Shown here: one piece after another, positions 6,314-15,368 of the stretch
Numbering within the stretch: position 1 is the stretch's first letter
How the letters are laid out: each line of letters begins with the position of its first letter
IMG/VR virus record: IMGVR_UViG_3300045988_181910
Length of the DNA: 40,007 bases
Direction: 5' to 3' (one strand)
DNA from: a virus
Notes under the pieces: model-generated
Database searches by the model: none
What the model saw: the letters and a program-made list of their open reading frames with translations, nothing else
What the model was told of the DNA's origin: nothing
Program-made: the position numbers and the translations under genes

Positions 6314-6595
6314 TCACATCCTGTCACTGCCGGCATCTTGGTTTGTCTTTTTCGCAAACCGACCTCTCGGGCCGCGCAGCGGCAACCGCTCGGCCATGCT
6401 ACGCCACTCTTCGGCTCGTTTGTTGGCAGCCGTGAGTTCCATTGTGAGCTGCCTTTGCTTCGCTTCGAGCTCCTCGATGCGTTTCGCTTGGCGGAAACAA
6501 AGCTCGGCGCCCTTACGTTTCTCCTCTTCCAGATCGGACACCGTCTGACGGTAGGCCTTTTTTGAGGTTAAGTCGAGCCAAAGAAATCTTTTCAT
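6314..6595 (-). CDS. small coiled-coil protein; first gene of the leftward operon
   Basis: MKRFLWLDLTSKKAYRQTVSDLEEEKRKGAELCFRQAKRIEELEAKQRQL... It starts directly at the AT-rich switch region. Confidence 0.6.
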   Translation of the reverse strand: MKRFLWLDLTSKKAYRQTVSDLEEEKRKGAELCFRQAKRIEELEAKQRQLTMELTAANKRAEEWRSMAERLPLRGPRGRFAKKTNQDAGSDRM

Positions 6596-6802
6596 ATCTT
6601 TTATTTGTTTGCGAAAGTTTCTTATGCTATATTTGTAGTATTTAAAACAAACAAATGTTTTAATATATTTGCAATATGAATTAATCGAATTATTTGTTTA
6701 TGCAAAGTAAATTAATTTTTGATTAATAACCAAAAATGCACTATACTATTATTTTATATTTTGTGAAATAATTATATACATTTTATATACAGGTGATGGC
6801 GC
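6596..6802. promoter_or_regulatory. divergent AT-rich switch region between the leftward early operon and the rightward repressor gene
   Basis: About 200 bp that is very AT-rich by eye. Plus-strand TTTG (6604-6607) - N20 - TATATTTG (6628-6635), and a second TATATTTG at 6664-6671. Genes diverge on either side. Confidence 0.65.
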
Positions 6803-7231
6803 ATGGATGAATTATTAGTAGAAAAAGCTGTTTTGCTATTAAAAACAGAGAACTACAGACCCTATTTACTGAGTAATGCCACGGGCATTTCTCAGAGTAG
6901 TATCTGCTCGTATCGAAAGGGGAAAGCGCCACGGCCCGAAAGAGCTAAATTAATTGTTGATTATTTTGAAAGGAAAGCGAATATCGAAAAGGCTACTATC
7001 CGCAGGGATATCAATCCGCCATCGCAATCTGAACCCGAGCAACCTCTAAGCCCTGATAATAATTTAAATGATTTGATTATGGAAAACAGGAAGTTGTTGC
7101 AAATGCTCGAGCGGCAACAGGCGCAGACTGAGGAGGCACTGAAACAGAACAGTCGTCTTATCGGGATTATCGAGAAATTACAAAGTAACGGCATCGATCG
7201 TACGGCCGAAAAAGGGGGAGTAGCCATTTAA
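6803..7231 (+). CDS. XRE/CI-like HTH repressor with a coiled-coil C-terminus
   Basis: YLLSNATGISQSSICSYRKGKAPRPERAKLIVDYF resembles an XRE-type HTH. Its position is divergent from the early operon. Confidence 0.7.
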   Translation: MDELLVEKAVLLLKTENYRPYLLSNATGISQSSICSYRKGKAPRPERAKLIVDYFERKANIEKATIRRDINPPSQSEPEQPLSPDNNLNDLIMENRKLLQMLERQQAQTEEALKQNSRLIGIIEKLQSNGIDRTAEKGGVAI

Positions 7232-7295
7232 CATCAAAAGAGACAATCATAGAAACGAAGATCATCCCGTTATACGAAAAACCTAATTCTGAAAA

Positions 7296-8126
7296 ATGAA
7301 GATGATACGATTAATAGCGTTGATACTGATTTGCACAACGCTTGGAAGCTGTTCGTTGATGTTATCCAAGACCGAAGTATTCCATACGAACTACACCCGG
7401 TTTATTAACTCCGGTTTCTGGGTATCCCCATCTGACTCCTATGCCGGATTTCAGTACACGCCCATAGCGACATTGACCGTTCGTCATGTTTGTGGTTACA
7501 AAAAAAATGGGCAGTACGATCTGATGTCCACGGACGATCTGCTTGATATTTTGGTCGAGCGCGCCAGGAAATTAGGCGCCAACGGTTTGATCGGAGTGAA
7601 ATTTGAGTATTACCCAAATACTCAGAACTCTATGCCTGTGTGGATTGCAAATGGCATTGCGGTTGATTTCATTGGGGATAATCCGGCTATTTCCCATAAA
7701 TTCAACATCGAGAAGGCGCGTCAGTTTTTGGCCGCAGGCCACAACCTGATTGTGGAGCGGGAAGGAATTACGCTATACTTCGATCCCTCCAACCTGGATT
7801 ACGTACCCGAAGATGAATTTGTTAAGAAATATAATAACCAAGGCCTGTTCCTCATTAAGCAGCTTGTGGTCAAAACAGATCCGGAAGATAATAGTGGCGT
7901 AGTAGAACTGAGCCGTGAGGGTCAGTACGATTTCACGAGAGCAGTCGCCATGGTTAAAGAATTGAATATTTCATTGATCGCAACGACAAAAGACAATAAG
8001 AACGTGGTTTATTTTGACCCAGCGATCAAAAAGTATTTGTTCCGCGAGCAATTCATCGAGAAATACGGCCGGGAAGCCTTTTACAAACTTTGTGACATCC
8101 ACAGCGAGCGAACGAGTGGGGACTGA
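7296..8126 (+). CDS. lipoprotein (moron) with a YbjQ/UPF0145-like domain followed by two internal repeats
   Basis: The signal peptide plus lipobox is MKMIRLIALILICTTLGSC. ..ARKLGANGLIGVKFEY.. is YbjQ-like. YFDPSNLDYVPEDEFVKKY and YFDPAIKKYLFREQFIEKY form the internal repeat. Confidence 0.8.
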   Translation: MKMIRLIALILICTTLGSCSLMLSKTEVFHTNYTRFINSGFWVSPSDSYAGFQYTPIATLTVRHVCGYKKNGQYDLMSTDDLLDILVERARKLGANGLIGVKFEYYPNTQNSMPVWIANGIAVDFIGDNPAISHKFNIEKARQFLAAGHNLIVEREGITLYFDPSNLDYVPEDEFVKKYNNQGLFLIKQLVVKTDPEDNSGVVELSREGQYDFTRAVAMVKELNISLIATTKDNKNVVYFDPAIKKYLFREQFIEKYGREAFYKLCDIHSERTSGD

Positions 8127-8147
8127 TTCAACATTTGCGATTAGCAT

Positions 8148-8185
8148 AAAACGACCATCCACAATCCGGGATGGTCGTTTTTTAT
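8148..8185 (+). terminator. intrinsic terminator, possibly bidirectional
   Basis: The 10-bp stem is ACGACCATCC/GGATGGTCGT, followed by TTTTTT and preceded by AAAA. It lies between convergent genes. Confidence 0.8.
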
Positions 8186-8253
8186 CAAGTCGTTTTTTAT
8201 CAAATGGTAAATCTATCCGTTACAGTTAAGTAGGTTATTTTAAGAAGATAGCT

Positions 8254-8775
8254 CTATGAAACCTTTATAATTTTTTGCAGCAAGACGATGCTGTCCCGGG
8301 CGGCTTTGAGAGCTGCGGTAAATGCTCGTGCGCCCGCCTCACCGTTCATATCTACCAAACGTGACTCTTGGGACTCCGCCAGTCTTATCACCTCTTCGAC
8401 AGCTGCGATCTGATCGTCATAAGCTACACCATCCCGATTAACAGCACAGTCCTCCCCATACAGATATGCTTTCATGGCCTTCTTCATCAATGGGCGTAAT
8501 CGGCTGATATGGGCCACGGGTTCATATAACATTTTAACGACCTCCAAAACTACGAATACGTCACCGACGACAGCGAAAACATAACGGTTATCGATGGCTT
8601 CTTCGGTAAGATTTCGGAGGCCAATTTCAAACTCCTCACGTCGGGATTTTGGCAATTTAAATACGCGGGCGATGAATCCGACCTCTTTGTCAGGGCACAC
8701 GACGAAATCGTCGCTGAAGCGCGAGGCTTCCAAACGGCGACTTCGGTCGATGATGAATGCAGGGTATTTTCTCAT
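8254..8775 (-). CDS. hypothetical protein (173 aa); second gene of the antisense two-gene moron
   Basis: A long ORF in the AT-rich island. ATGA overlap with the upstream ORF 8772..9470. Confidence 0.7.
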   Translation of the reverse strand: MRKYPAFIIDRSRRLEASRFSDDFVVCPDKEVGFIARVFKLPKSRREEFEIGLRNLTEEAIDNRYVFAVVGDVFVVLEVVKMLYEPVAHISRLRPLMKKAMKAYLYGEDCAVNRDGVAYDDQIAAVEEVIRLAESQESRLVDMNGEAGARAFTAALKAARDSIVLLQKIIKVS

Positions 8776-9470
8776 TTTTGAAAAATGATCGCGACCTCAT
8801 AAATAAACGAATCCTCCTCTAACTTCATGTACGTTGAATGATCCTCCTCCCCGGTGTGCGGGTTAATATTGTCGTTATACGAAATACCATCATCCGTGGG
8901 GCCGACAATTTCCCATTTCCACGCCGCTAAGCCAGAGCGTTGTCTGATAATGACGGGTTGCCTATCGAAAGTATCGAGTTGGAGCACGTCCGCAATACGC
9001 TCCGTGTCTTTCCATTTTGGAAAATCATGGAGAATAATGCTATCGTGCTTGTTAATGACTTTAAGCGTGATGCCGTCGATAAAAACTACATCTTTGCCGG
9101 CCTCGGCTTCCGCAATAATCTCCTTCTTGTAAGATTCTCTTTCTTCTACGGATTCGGCTTTGGATTCGGCTTTGGATTCGCCTTCGTATTCCTCTACCTG
9201 CTCCACGGTGATTTTCATAAGAGCGAAAGCGAGGCACCAGCGCTGTTTGTCGGACAGACGAATGTTGTCATTCTTGGCTCTTTTGCAAATATCTACGATG
9301 AATCCCGTCCCGAATTTTTCCAGAAGGTCAAAAATAACCTCTGCCTCATTGGAATATTCGATTTTGTTTTTTTCGACGAAAAAATAATCAAGTGCGTTGA
9401 AGATACTACGGACATCGTTCTTCTCAATGCAGGTCTTTACAAAATCGTAGCTGCTAATGAAATTTTTCAT
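8772..9470 (-). CDS. hypothetical protein (232 aa) with an acidic ESKAESKAES linker
   Basis: A long ORF opposite in direction to both flanking plus-strand genes. I recognise no family. Confidence 0.7.
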   Translation of the reverse strand: MKNFISSYDFVKTCIEKNDVRSIFNALDYFFVEKNKIEYSNEAEVIFDLLEKFGTGFIVDICKRAKNDNIRLSDKQRWCLAFALMKITVEQVEEYEGESKAESKAESVEERESYKKEIIAEAEAGKDVVFIDGITLKVINKHDSIILHDFPKWKDTERIADVLQLDTFDRQPVIIRQRSGLAAWKWEIVGPTDDGISYNDNINPHTGEEDHSTYMKLEEDSFIYEVAIIFQK

Positions 9471-9614
9471 ATTGCCGCTTAAAGCCCGTCGGCTGTTTAA
9501 ATGAAGATCGTCATGGGTGATCCTCTACTCCCTTTTTGCTTAACAAATATAGACATTTTTTTTGAATAAAAAAACATGTTTTTTTCTGAAAACCTACAAA
9601 AAAATGTAAATCGA

Positions 9615-9646
9615 TTTGCACAATGTGCCGAACGTTGAAATCTTTG
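9615..9646 (+). promoter_or_regulatory. candidate late promoter TTTG-N20-AATCTTTG
   Basis: TTTG is at 9615-9618 and AATCTTTG at 9639-9646. The same variant with the same spacing recurs at 22426-22457. Confidence 0.45.
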
Positions 9647-9704
9647 TCGTGCGATTAAAAATCAGCAGATTTACAAAGACATTCGTTGTTGTAGTTGTTG
9701 GAGA

Positions 9705-9739
9705 GGTCTGCTGGCTTAATTAGCTGGCAGACCATTTTT
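9705..9739 (+). terminator. leader hairpin plus T5 tract ending immediately before the terS start codon
   Basis: GGTCTGC (9705-9711) pairs with GCAGACC (9727-9733). TTTTT is at 9735-9739 and the ATG at 9740. Confidence 0.5.
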
Positions 9740-10261
9740 ATGCCCCAAAAAAAAGTCCATAAATCAACTGAAGCCCGTGCGTGGAAGCCCCGAAGCCACT
9801 CACCGGAATCACTTTATCAGACATTTTTGGATTATGTAAAATGGGCCGAGGATAATCCTCTGTGCGATGAAGTCGTATCCAAAGGGGAAGTATTGACCCT
9901 CTCCAAAGTGCGGCCCTTGAGCTTATCCGGCTTCTGCGTGTATGCTGACATTCATATGCAGACGTTTCGCAATTACGAGAGCCGGGAGGAATACACCGCT
10001 TATTTTGACGTCTGCGCGCGGGCCCGCGCGATAATCGAAGATCATCAATTGACAGGTGCCATGGTCGGCCGCTTCAATCCGTCCATCGCGGCGCGGGTGC
10101 TTTCTCTGGCCGACAAAACCGACATCACCTCGGACGGAAAAGCGATCACGTCGGGGTCGGGAGTAACGGTCAATGTGGATAAAGATGCACTGAGCATCAT
10201 CCGCAGCGTCGGCCGCATGAGCATCCCATCGTCGGGGGACGACATCAAAACCAAAGGATGA
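9740..10261 (+). CDS. terS: terminase small subunit
   Basis: ..LSLSGFCVYADIHMQTFRNYESREEY..AIIEDHQLTGAMVGRFNPSIAARVL.. is typical of terS. It lies immediately upstream of terL. Confidence 0.8.
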   Translation: MPQKKVHKSTEARAWKPRSHSPESLYQTFLDYVKWAEDNPLCDEVVSKGEVLTLSKVRPLSLSGFCVYADIHMQTFRNYESREEYTAYFDVCARARAIIEDHQLTGAMVGRFNPSIAARVLSLADKTDITSDGKAITSGSGVTVNVDKDALSIIRSVGRMSIPSSGDDIKTKG

Positions 10262-11481
10262 TGCTGGACCCGAGAACCTATCGCGGCAAGGTATATACGG
10301 TGCTAAGGTACCTTCTTTCGCTGTATATTTTGGTGGGAGTAGTCGTTCGCGTATTTAATGAGGGCGGCTCACGGTCAGGTAAAACCTTCTGCACATTTGA
10401 CTTCCTGGTTGATATATGCATGCAGGGAGATCGGGCATGGAATATCTATGTATTTCGCAGCACTTTGCAGGACTGCAAAGAGTATTCGCTTGCGGATTTT
10501 AAGAAAAAATTAATCCTGCGAGGCGATTACGACCCCGATTGTCTCACGGGTGAGAATGTCCGACCTGACTATCGTATCGGGAAATCGGTCATCCACTTTC
10601 GGGGTCTCGATAAAATGGATCGGAAGGAGGGATATGACTGCGATATTGTCTACTTCAACGAGATGCTCGACGATATTTCGCAGTCCCAATTCGAGAACAT
10701 CACCATGCGCTGCACTACCATGATTATCGGGGACTGGAATCCCAAATACACGCAGCATTGGGCCTTCGACATGGAAGGACAGCCGGACACGTTCTTTACT
10801 CACACTACCTATCGAGATAATCCGTTCTGCCCGCTGGCCGTGCGTCGGCGTATCGAAAGCTATGAGCCTACCCCCGATAACGATGCGGCAGGAACAAGTG
10901 ACCCGTACAGATGGAACGTGTATGGTCTGGGTATGCGAGCAGCACAGGAGGGATTGATCTATCCGAACATCAACTGGATTGATTCTTTCCCGGCCGACCT
11001 GGAGCATGTGATTCTCGGGCTGGACTTCGGCTTTACGAAAGACCCGACGGCGCTTGTCCGAACCGCAGTGCGAGGGAGTGACCTGTACGCGGAAAAGCTG
11101 CTCTACTCGCCAATCGACGATCCCGAAATCCTATATCAAGCTGTAAAACCCTTTTTTACAAAAAAAACATATTGCTTCGCGGACTCAGCCGACAAGTACG
11201 CATCGAATCCGGAGGGGATGATTAATTCTCTTGTCGCTCGCGGACTGCCCGTTATGAAAGTGAATAAATATCACGGCTCGCTCGTGGACGGAATCTATTT
11301 GGTCAAGAATTTCCGGTTGAATTTCGTCCGAAGCCGCGAGTTGCAGAACGAAGTCAACGCCTATGTATGGGATTCCGTGAATGGGATCCAGCTTCTCAAA
11401 CCGAAGGACGGCAACGATCACCTGCTCGATGCGATCAGATATGATGTGATGAGTGAGCATAAGAACTTTTTGACAACATGA
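10258..11481 (+). CDS. terL: terminase large subunit
   Basis: The Walker A-like motif is NEGGSRSGKTF, and the nuclease half follows. Length and synteny fit terL. Confidence 0.9.
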   Translation: MMLDPRTYRGKVYTVLRYLLSLYILVGVVVRVFNEGGSRSGKTFCTFDFLVDICMQGDRAWNIYVFRSTLQDCKEYSLADFKKKLILRGDYDPDCLTGENVRPDYRIGKSVIHFRGLDKMDRKEGYDCDIVYFNEMLDDISQSQFENITMRCTTMIIGDWNPKYTQHWAFDMEGQPDTFFTHTTYRDNPFCPLAVRRRIESYEPTPDNDAAGTSDPYRWNVYGLGMRAAQEGLIYPNINWIDSFPADLEHVILGLDFGFTKDPTALVRTAVRGSDLYAEKLLYSPIDDPEILYQAVKPFFTKKTYCFADSADKYASNPEGMINSLVARGLPVMKVNKYHGSLVDGIYLVKNFRLNFVRSRELQNEVNAYVWDSVNGIQLLKPKDGNDHLLDAIRYDVMSEHKNFLTT

Positions 11482-12716
11482 GTTTTTTCGGAATAAGCAT
11501 ACCTGCGCGAACCCGCAAAATAGAGAGTGAACCTGCAGTGGCCCCCCAAAGCTCGACACTCCACTTCACGCTTAACGAACTGCGGGATATTCTGGGCACT
11601 TCGTCTCGTAATATCAACTGTGCAACTGTAGAGGGACAGATCCAGGCCATGAAAGCCTGTCCGGTACTGTCGAGCGTCATCATTAAAAAGGTCTGCGCTA
11701 TCAAGAACGCGAAGTACTGGGCCGTTGGCAATGACGACAATCCGAAAGAGATTCCCTCCAACATGCGCCGCATACTTCATCCAAACCCCGGACAATATTT
11801 GGGGGACTTTGTGGGAATGGTTGAATTATACATGCAGATGCACGGTGTAGCCTACATCTACTGTGAGCGGCCGGCCGGTATTCGTAATGACTTCGACCTG
11901 TACGTCGTACCGAATCGAATGGTTGTTACCAACAGAGTTCTCAATGCCACGCCGTCGTTCAATCCTGATGCTGACGTGGAAAGCTATACCATCAACTTCG
12001 ACAGTGGAGCGACCTTGAAGGTGAGTCCACAGGATATGTACCTCGTTCGGGATGTTGCATCATCCATCGGCACCGGAACTTCACGCATGGTGCCTTTGCA
12101 GAAGCCGATAAATACCTTCATTGCCGCATACGAATCAGTGAATGAGCTGATGGTGAATCGCGGTATGCTGGGAATCATTTCGCTGACGTCCAATAATCCG
12201 ATTCTCAATATGCCCAATGTGCCGGTAACCCAGGAGGAGCGAGATAATATTCGGACCGCACTGCAGAATTACGGAACTATGTCGGATCAGATGAAGCATC
12301 TGATTACGAACTACAACGTTGGCTATACTGCTGTATCCTCGACTATAACAGACCTTGGGCTGGTAGATGTTCAGCAAAATTGTCGAAAAGATATTGCTGA
12401 CCAATACCAGGTGCCGAGTGTTTTGATCGATGTTGAAAAAAGCAAATATGCAAATGCTTCGGAATCCAAGAAGTTTCTATACAACGACGCGATCATTCCG
12501 GAGGCCAATCACATTCTCGATGTCCTCAACCGCATATACGGCTTCGAGGAAGTGCGGGTAGTGCCTATGTTCGATCACCTCGAAATCTTCCAGCAGGCGA
12601 ACCGGGAACAGATGGCTGCGTCGGCAAGTCTGGCAAATGCCCTCAACACGATGTTACAGAACGGGGCCCTCTCGCGTGAAGAGGTCAGGGATGAATGGAT
12701 GAAGTACACAGTATAA
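11478..12716 (+). CDS. portal protein
   Basis: A 412-aa ORF directly after terL and before the protease and capsid genes. Starts and stops overlap the neighbouring genes. Confidence 0.85.
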   Translation: MSFFGISIPARTRKIESEPAVAPQSSTLHFTLNELRDILGTSSRNINCATVEGQIQAMKACPVLSSVIIKKVCAIKNAKYWAVGNDDNPKEIPSNMRRILHPNPGQYLGDFVGMVELYMQMHGVAYIYCERPAGIRNDFDLYVVPNRMVVTNRVLNATPSFNPDADVESYTINFDSGATLKVSPQDMYLVRDVASSIGTGTSRMVPLQKPINTFIAAYESVNELMVNRGMLGIISLTSNNPILNMPNVPVTQEERDNIRTALQNYGTMSDQMKHLITNYNVGYTAVSSTITDLGLVDVQQNCRKDIADQYQVPSVLIDVEKSKYANASESKKFLYNDAIIPEANHILDVLNRIYGFEEVRVVPMFDHLEIFQQANREQMAASASLANALNTMLQNGALSREEVRDEWMKYTV

Positions 12717-13435
12717 ATCGTAGTTATATGAATGGATATAATATAAAATCTCTTGATGCTCACATTGAGAATATAAGGCCTGAAGGACTGGTGACCATCG
12801 CCATATCCGCCTTCGACGTTGAGGATCATGCGCACGATATCGTTCGGAAGGGGGCTTTTGCAGGAACGTTCGCCCGGGATTCGGCCAATATAAAGCATGT
12901 TGTCGATCACATTCACGATGTGGCTCATATTGTCGGGACGCCACAGCGCATGGAAGAGACCGACCGATATGCGATCATTGAAAGTAAGCTTATCCTTGAT
13001 AAATCCATCGGTCACGACCTCTTCGTAACCTACAAACATCTGCATGATGAGGGAAAAGCAATGGAGCACTCCTATGCTTACCGCACGTTGAGGCGCAACG
13101 AGAATAAGCAAATCAAGGGAGAGGATATAGCCGAGCTCGAAATGCTCGAATACAGCACCGTCTTTCGTGGTTGCAACCCGCTTACGCCTACGCTCGACGT
13201 GAAAGGACTCTACACCATCGATGACTGCGTGTCTTATATCGACGACCTGGAGCGCATGCTGCGCAAATGCGACTTTTCGGACAAAGGCGGCCGACGCATC
13301 GAGCAGGTTGTGTCACGTTTGGAGGGGGTATTAACTGATTTCAAGGGCAGATCGCTTCCTGCCGGGGAAGAAGAGCGCCGCAAGGCATTTAACGATGAGC
13401 TGCGAGCAGCTTTCAAGGATTCTCTATTTAACTAA
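12695..13435 (+). CDS. prohead (HK97-type) maturation protease; alternative start at 12728
   Basis: Its position is between portal and capsid. The N-terminal segment reads ..VTIAISAFDVEDHAHDIVRKGAFAGTF.. Confidence 0.75.
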   Translation: MDEVHSINRSYMNGYNIKSLDAHIENIRPEGLVTIAISAFDVEDHAHDIVRKGAFAGTFARDSANIKHVVDHIHDVAHIVGTPQRMEETDRYAIIESKLILDKSIGHDLFVTYKHLHDEGKAMEHSYAYRTLRRNENKQIKGEDIAELEMLEYSTVFRGCNPLTPTLDVKGLYTIDDCVSYIDDLERMLRKCDFSDKGGRRIEQVVSRLEGVLTDFKGRSLPAGEEERRKAFNDELRAAFKDSLFN

Positions 13436-13448
13436 TATTCTTAAATTT

Positions 13449-14648
13449 ATGGAACAAGAAATCAAAAAGGAGCTGAGCGAAATGCTCAACGAATTCAAAA
13501 AAGGGCTGGTAACGGATGCTGAAATGAAATCCTTCGTGGATGCTGCGGTGGCCCGTGCCGGCAATGCGGAGGAGATCGAGCAATTGAAGTCGGCCATCAA
13601 GGAACAGGGGATCGTCATTTCCCGCTTTGAAAAGTCGGGAGGCGTTCCTAAGAATGACTTTCAGGAGCAGATCAAGGCATTTGTCGAAAGCGAGGACAAC
13701 CGTCGAACGATCAAATCGAACGGAAAGGTCGAGATTTTCCTCAAAATGAAGGCCGACGCAGCTCCCATGTACACATCGACCACCGGGAAAATCCCCATCA
13801 ACGTATTCAATACGGAAGTCGTGCCCGGTATCGGGTCTGCGCCGCAGGAGCCCAACGCCATTTTCCCGCGCCTTTTCAAAGGCATGGCTACGTCTGAGAT
13901 CATCCGCTACGTGAATCGCGGAACGATCAGTGGGGGTGCGGCGTTCATCGCAGAGGGGCAAGTTAAGCCGCTGATGAGCTGGGATTACACTCAGGGCATG
14001 AGCACCGCTGCTAAGGTCGCCGTTAAAACTAAAATCTCGACGGAAATGCTCAATGACTTCCCCTACATCATTTCGGAAATCAATACGCTTATGCGTGATG
14101 ACCTGATGCAGGAGGTTGATAAGCAGCTTTTGATCGGCGACGGATCGAGCTACAAGCTGAAAGGTATCCTTACCGATGCCGGCGGGTATATCGGGAGTGA
14201 TCTGGACGGCTCTGTCGAGCGTGCAAACGAGGCTGATGCTGTGCGTGCTTCCATGCTTGCAATGAGGATGCTGAATTTCACGCCCAACACACTTTTTATT
14301 AATCCCACGGAAAAGGCAGGTATTGACCTCACTAAGGACGCGTCCGGCCGTTACATGAGCGACGAATTGCTCAAAATAATTGCGGGTGTGTCGATTGTCG
14401 AAACCACGCGTATCGATCCCGGCAAATTCCTCCTGATGGACACCAGCAAGTGGGTTGTCAAAGTACTGGAAAACCTGCGCCTCGAATCGGGATTAGTGAA
14501 CGATGACTTCGAGAAGAACATGGTGACCTATATCGCCGAGATGCGTCTGCATTCCTATCAGAATACTATCGACGCCGGATCGGTCATTTATGATTCGTTC
14601 GATACGGTCATTGCGGCCCTCAACAAGACGACGCAGGCTGCGGCGTAA
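13449..14648 (+). CDS. major capsid protein (HK97 fold) with an N-terminal delta/scaffold-like coiled coil
   Basis: Start MEQEIKKELSEMLNEFKKG... About 400 aa, located after the protease. Confidence 0.85.
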   Translation: MEQEIKKELSEMLNEFKKGLVTDAEMKSFVDAAVARAGNAEEIEQLKSAIKEQGIVISRFEKSGGVPKNDFQEQIKAFVESEDNRRTIKSNGKVEIFLKMKADAAPMYTSTTGKIPINVFNTEVVPGIGSAPQEPNAIFPRLFKGMATSEIIRYVNRGTISGGAAFIAEGQVKPLMSWDYTQGMSTAAKVAVKTKISTEMLNDFPYIISEINTLMRDDLMQEVDKQLLIGDGSSYKLKGILTDAGGYIGSDLDGSVERANEADAVRASMLAMRMLNFTPNTLFINPTEKAGIDLTKDASGRYMSDELLKIIAGVSIVETTRIDPGKFLLMDTSKWVVKVLENLRLESGLVNDDFEKNMVTYIAEMRLHSYQNTIDAGSVIYDSFDTVIAALNKTTQAAA

Positions 14649-14667
14649 CCATCAAATATCCGAAGAT

Positions 14668-14841
14668 ATGACAAAGAACATCGAAGGAAGAGAAGTACAA
14701 GAGGTTCGTTTCAGCGAACGTGTGTGGATCGTAGGCACTGGCCGCGATCCGCGAATGCCCAAAATGGCGGAATATTCCGTACATCCGCTCCTCGCCGAGA
14801 AGTTGGTGAAAAGCAATAAGGCGACTTTCAAGGGCAAGTGA
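14668..14841 (+). CDS. small hypothetical protein (57 aa), possibly a head decoration or connector accessory
   Basis: ORF 14590..14841 trimmed to ATG 14668, which lies after the capsid stop. Confidence 0.5.
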   Translation: MTKNIEGREVQEVRFSERVWIVGTGRDPRMPKMAEYSVHPLLAEKLVKSNKATFKGK

Positions 14842-14845
14842 CAAC

Positions 14846-14874
14846 ATGCGGGCAGGCCTTGCCCCTGCCCGCAT
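14846..14874 (+). terminator. 11-bp GC-rich stem-loop after the capsid block, without a U-tract
   Basis: ATGCGGGCAGG ccttgcc CCTGCCCGCAT. Confidence 0.4.
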
Positions 14875-14888
14875 TAATCCGCTAATCA

Positions 14889-15368
14889 ATGTTAATCGAC
14901 TATTCGTATTTCAGCAATCCAATGACTCGGATCGCGGGCATAGACCAGCGAAGCGACGGTCAAGCGTCTTCGCTGTCTAAAAAATTGCAGGATGAAATAG
15001 AAGCCTACATTAGATTCTATGAGCCCAAATTCCTCCGCATGATGCTGGGGAAGGAACTGGCTGAAAAAATTGACGAGCGTCCCGATATTGTGGCAATGCT
15101 GGTCAATCTGGCCGACCGGTCATCAGTGATTGCGAAATACGTCTATTTCTATTATCAAAGAGATCATGCAACCTTCAATACGATCGCCGGTGAGAAGCTC
15201 AAGATAACCGAGAGCAGCAAGCCGGTATCCGCACAAACACGACTGATATCTGTCTGGAATAACATGGTCGATGAGTGCCGACAGATTGCCGCCTTGATGG
15301 ATCCCTATGCTGCCGCGCCCGATTATGGTAGCGCGATCTTTGAAAAAATCAATATGTACGGACTATGA
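14889..15368 (+). CDS. virion protein, putative head-tail connector
   Basis: Called from position in the late operon and ATGA coupling to the next gene. Confidence 0.65.
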   Translation: MLIDYSYFSNPMTRIAGIDQRSDGQASSLSKKLQDEIEAYIRFYEPKFLRMMLGKELAEKIDERPDIVAMLVNLADRSSVIAKYVYFYYQRDHATFNTIAGEKLKITESSKPVSAQTRLISVWNNMVDECRQIAALMDPYAAAPDYGSAIFEKINMYGL

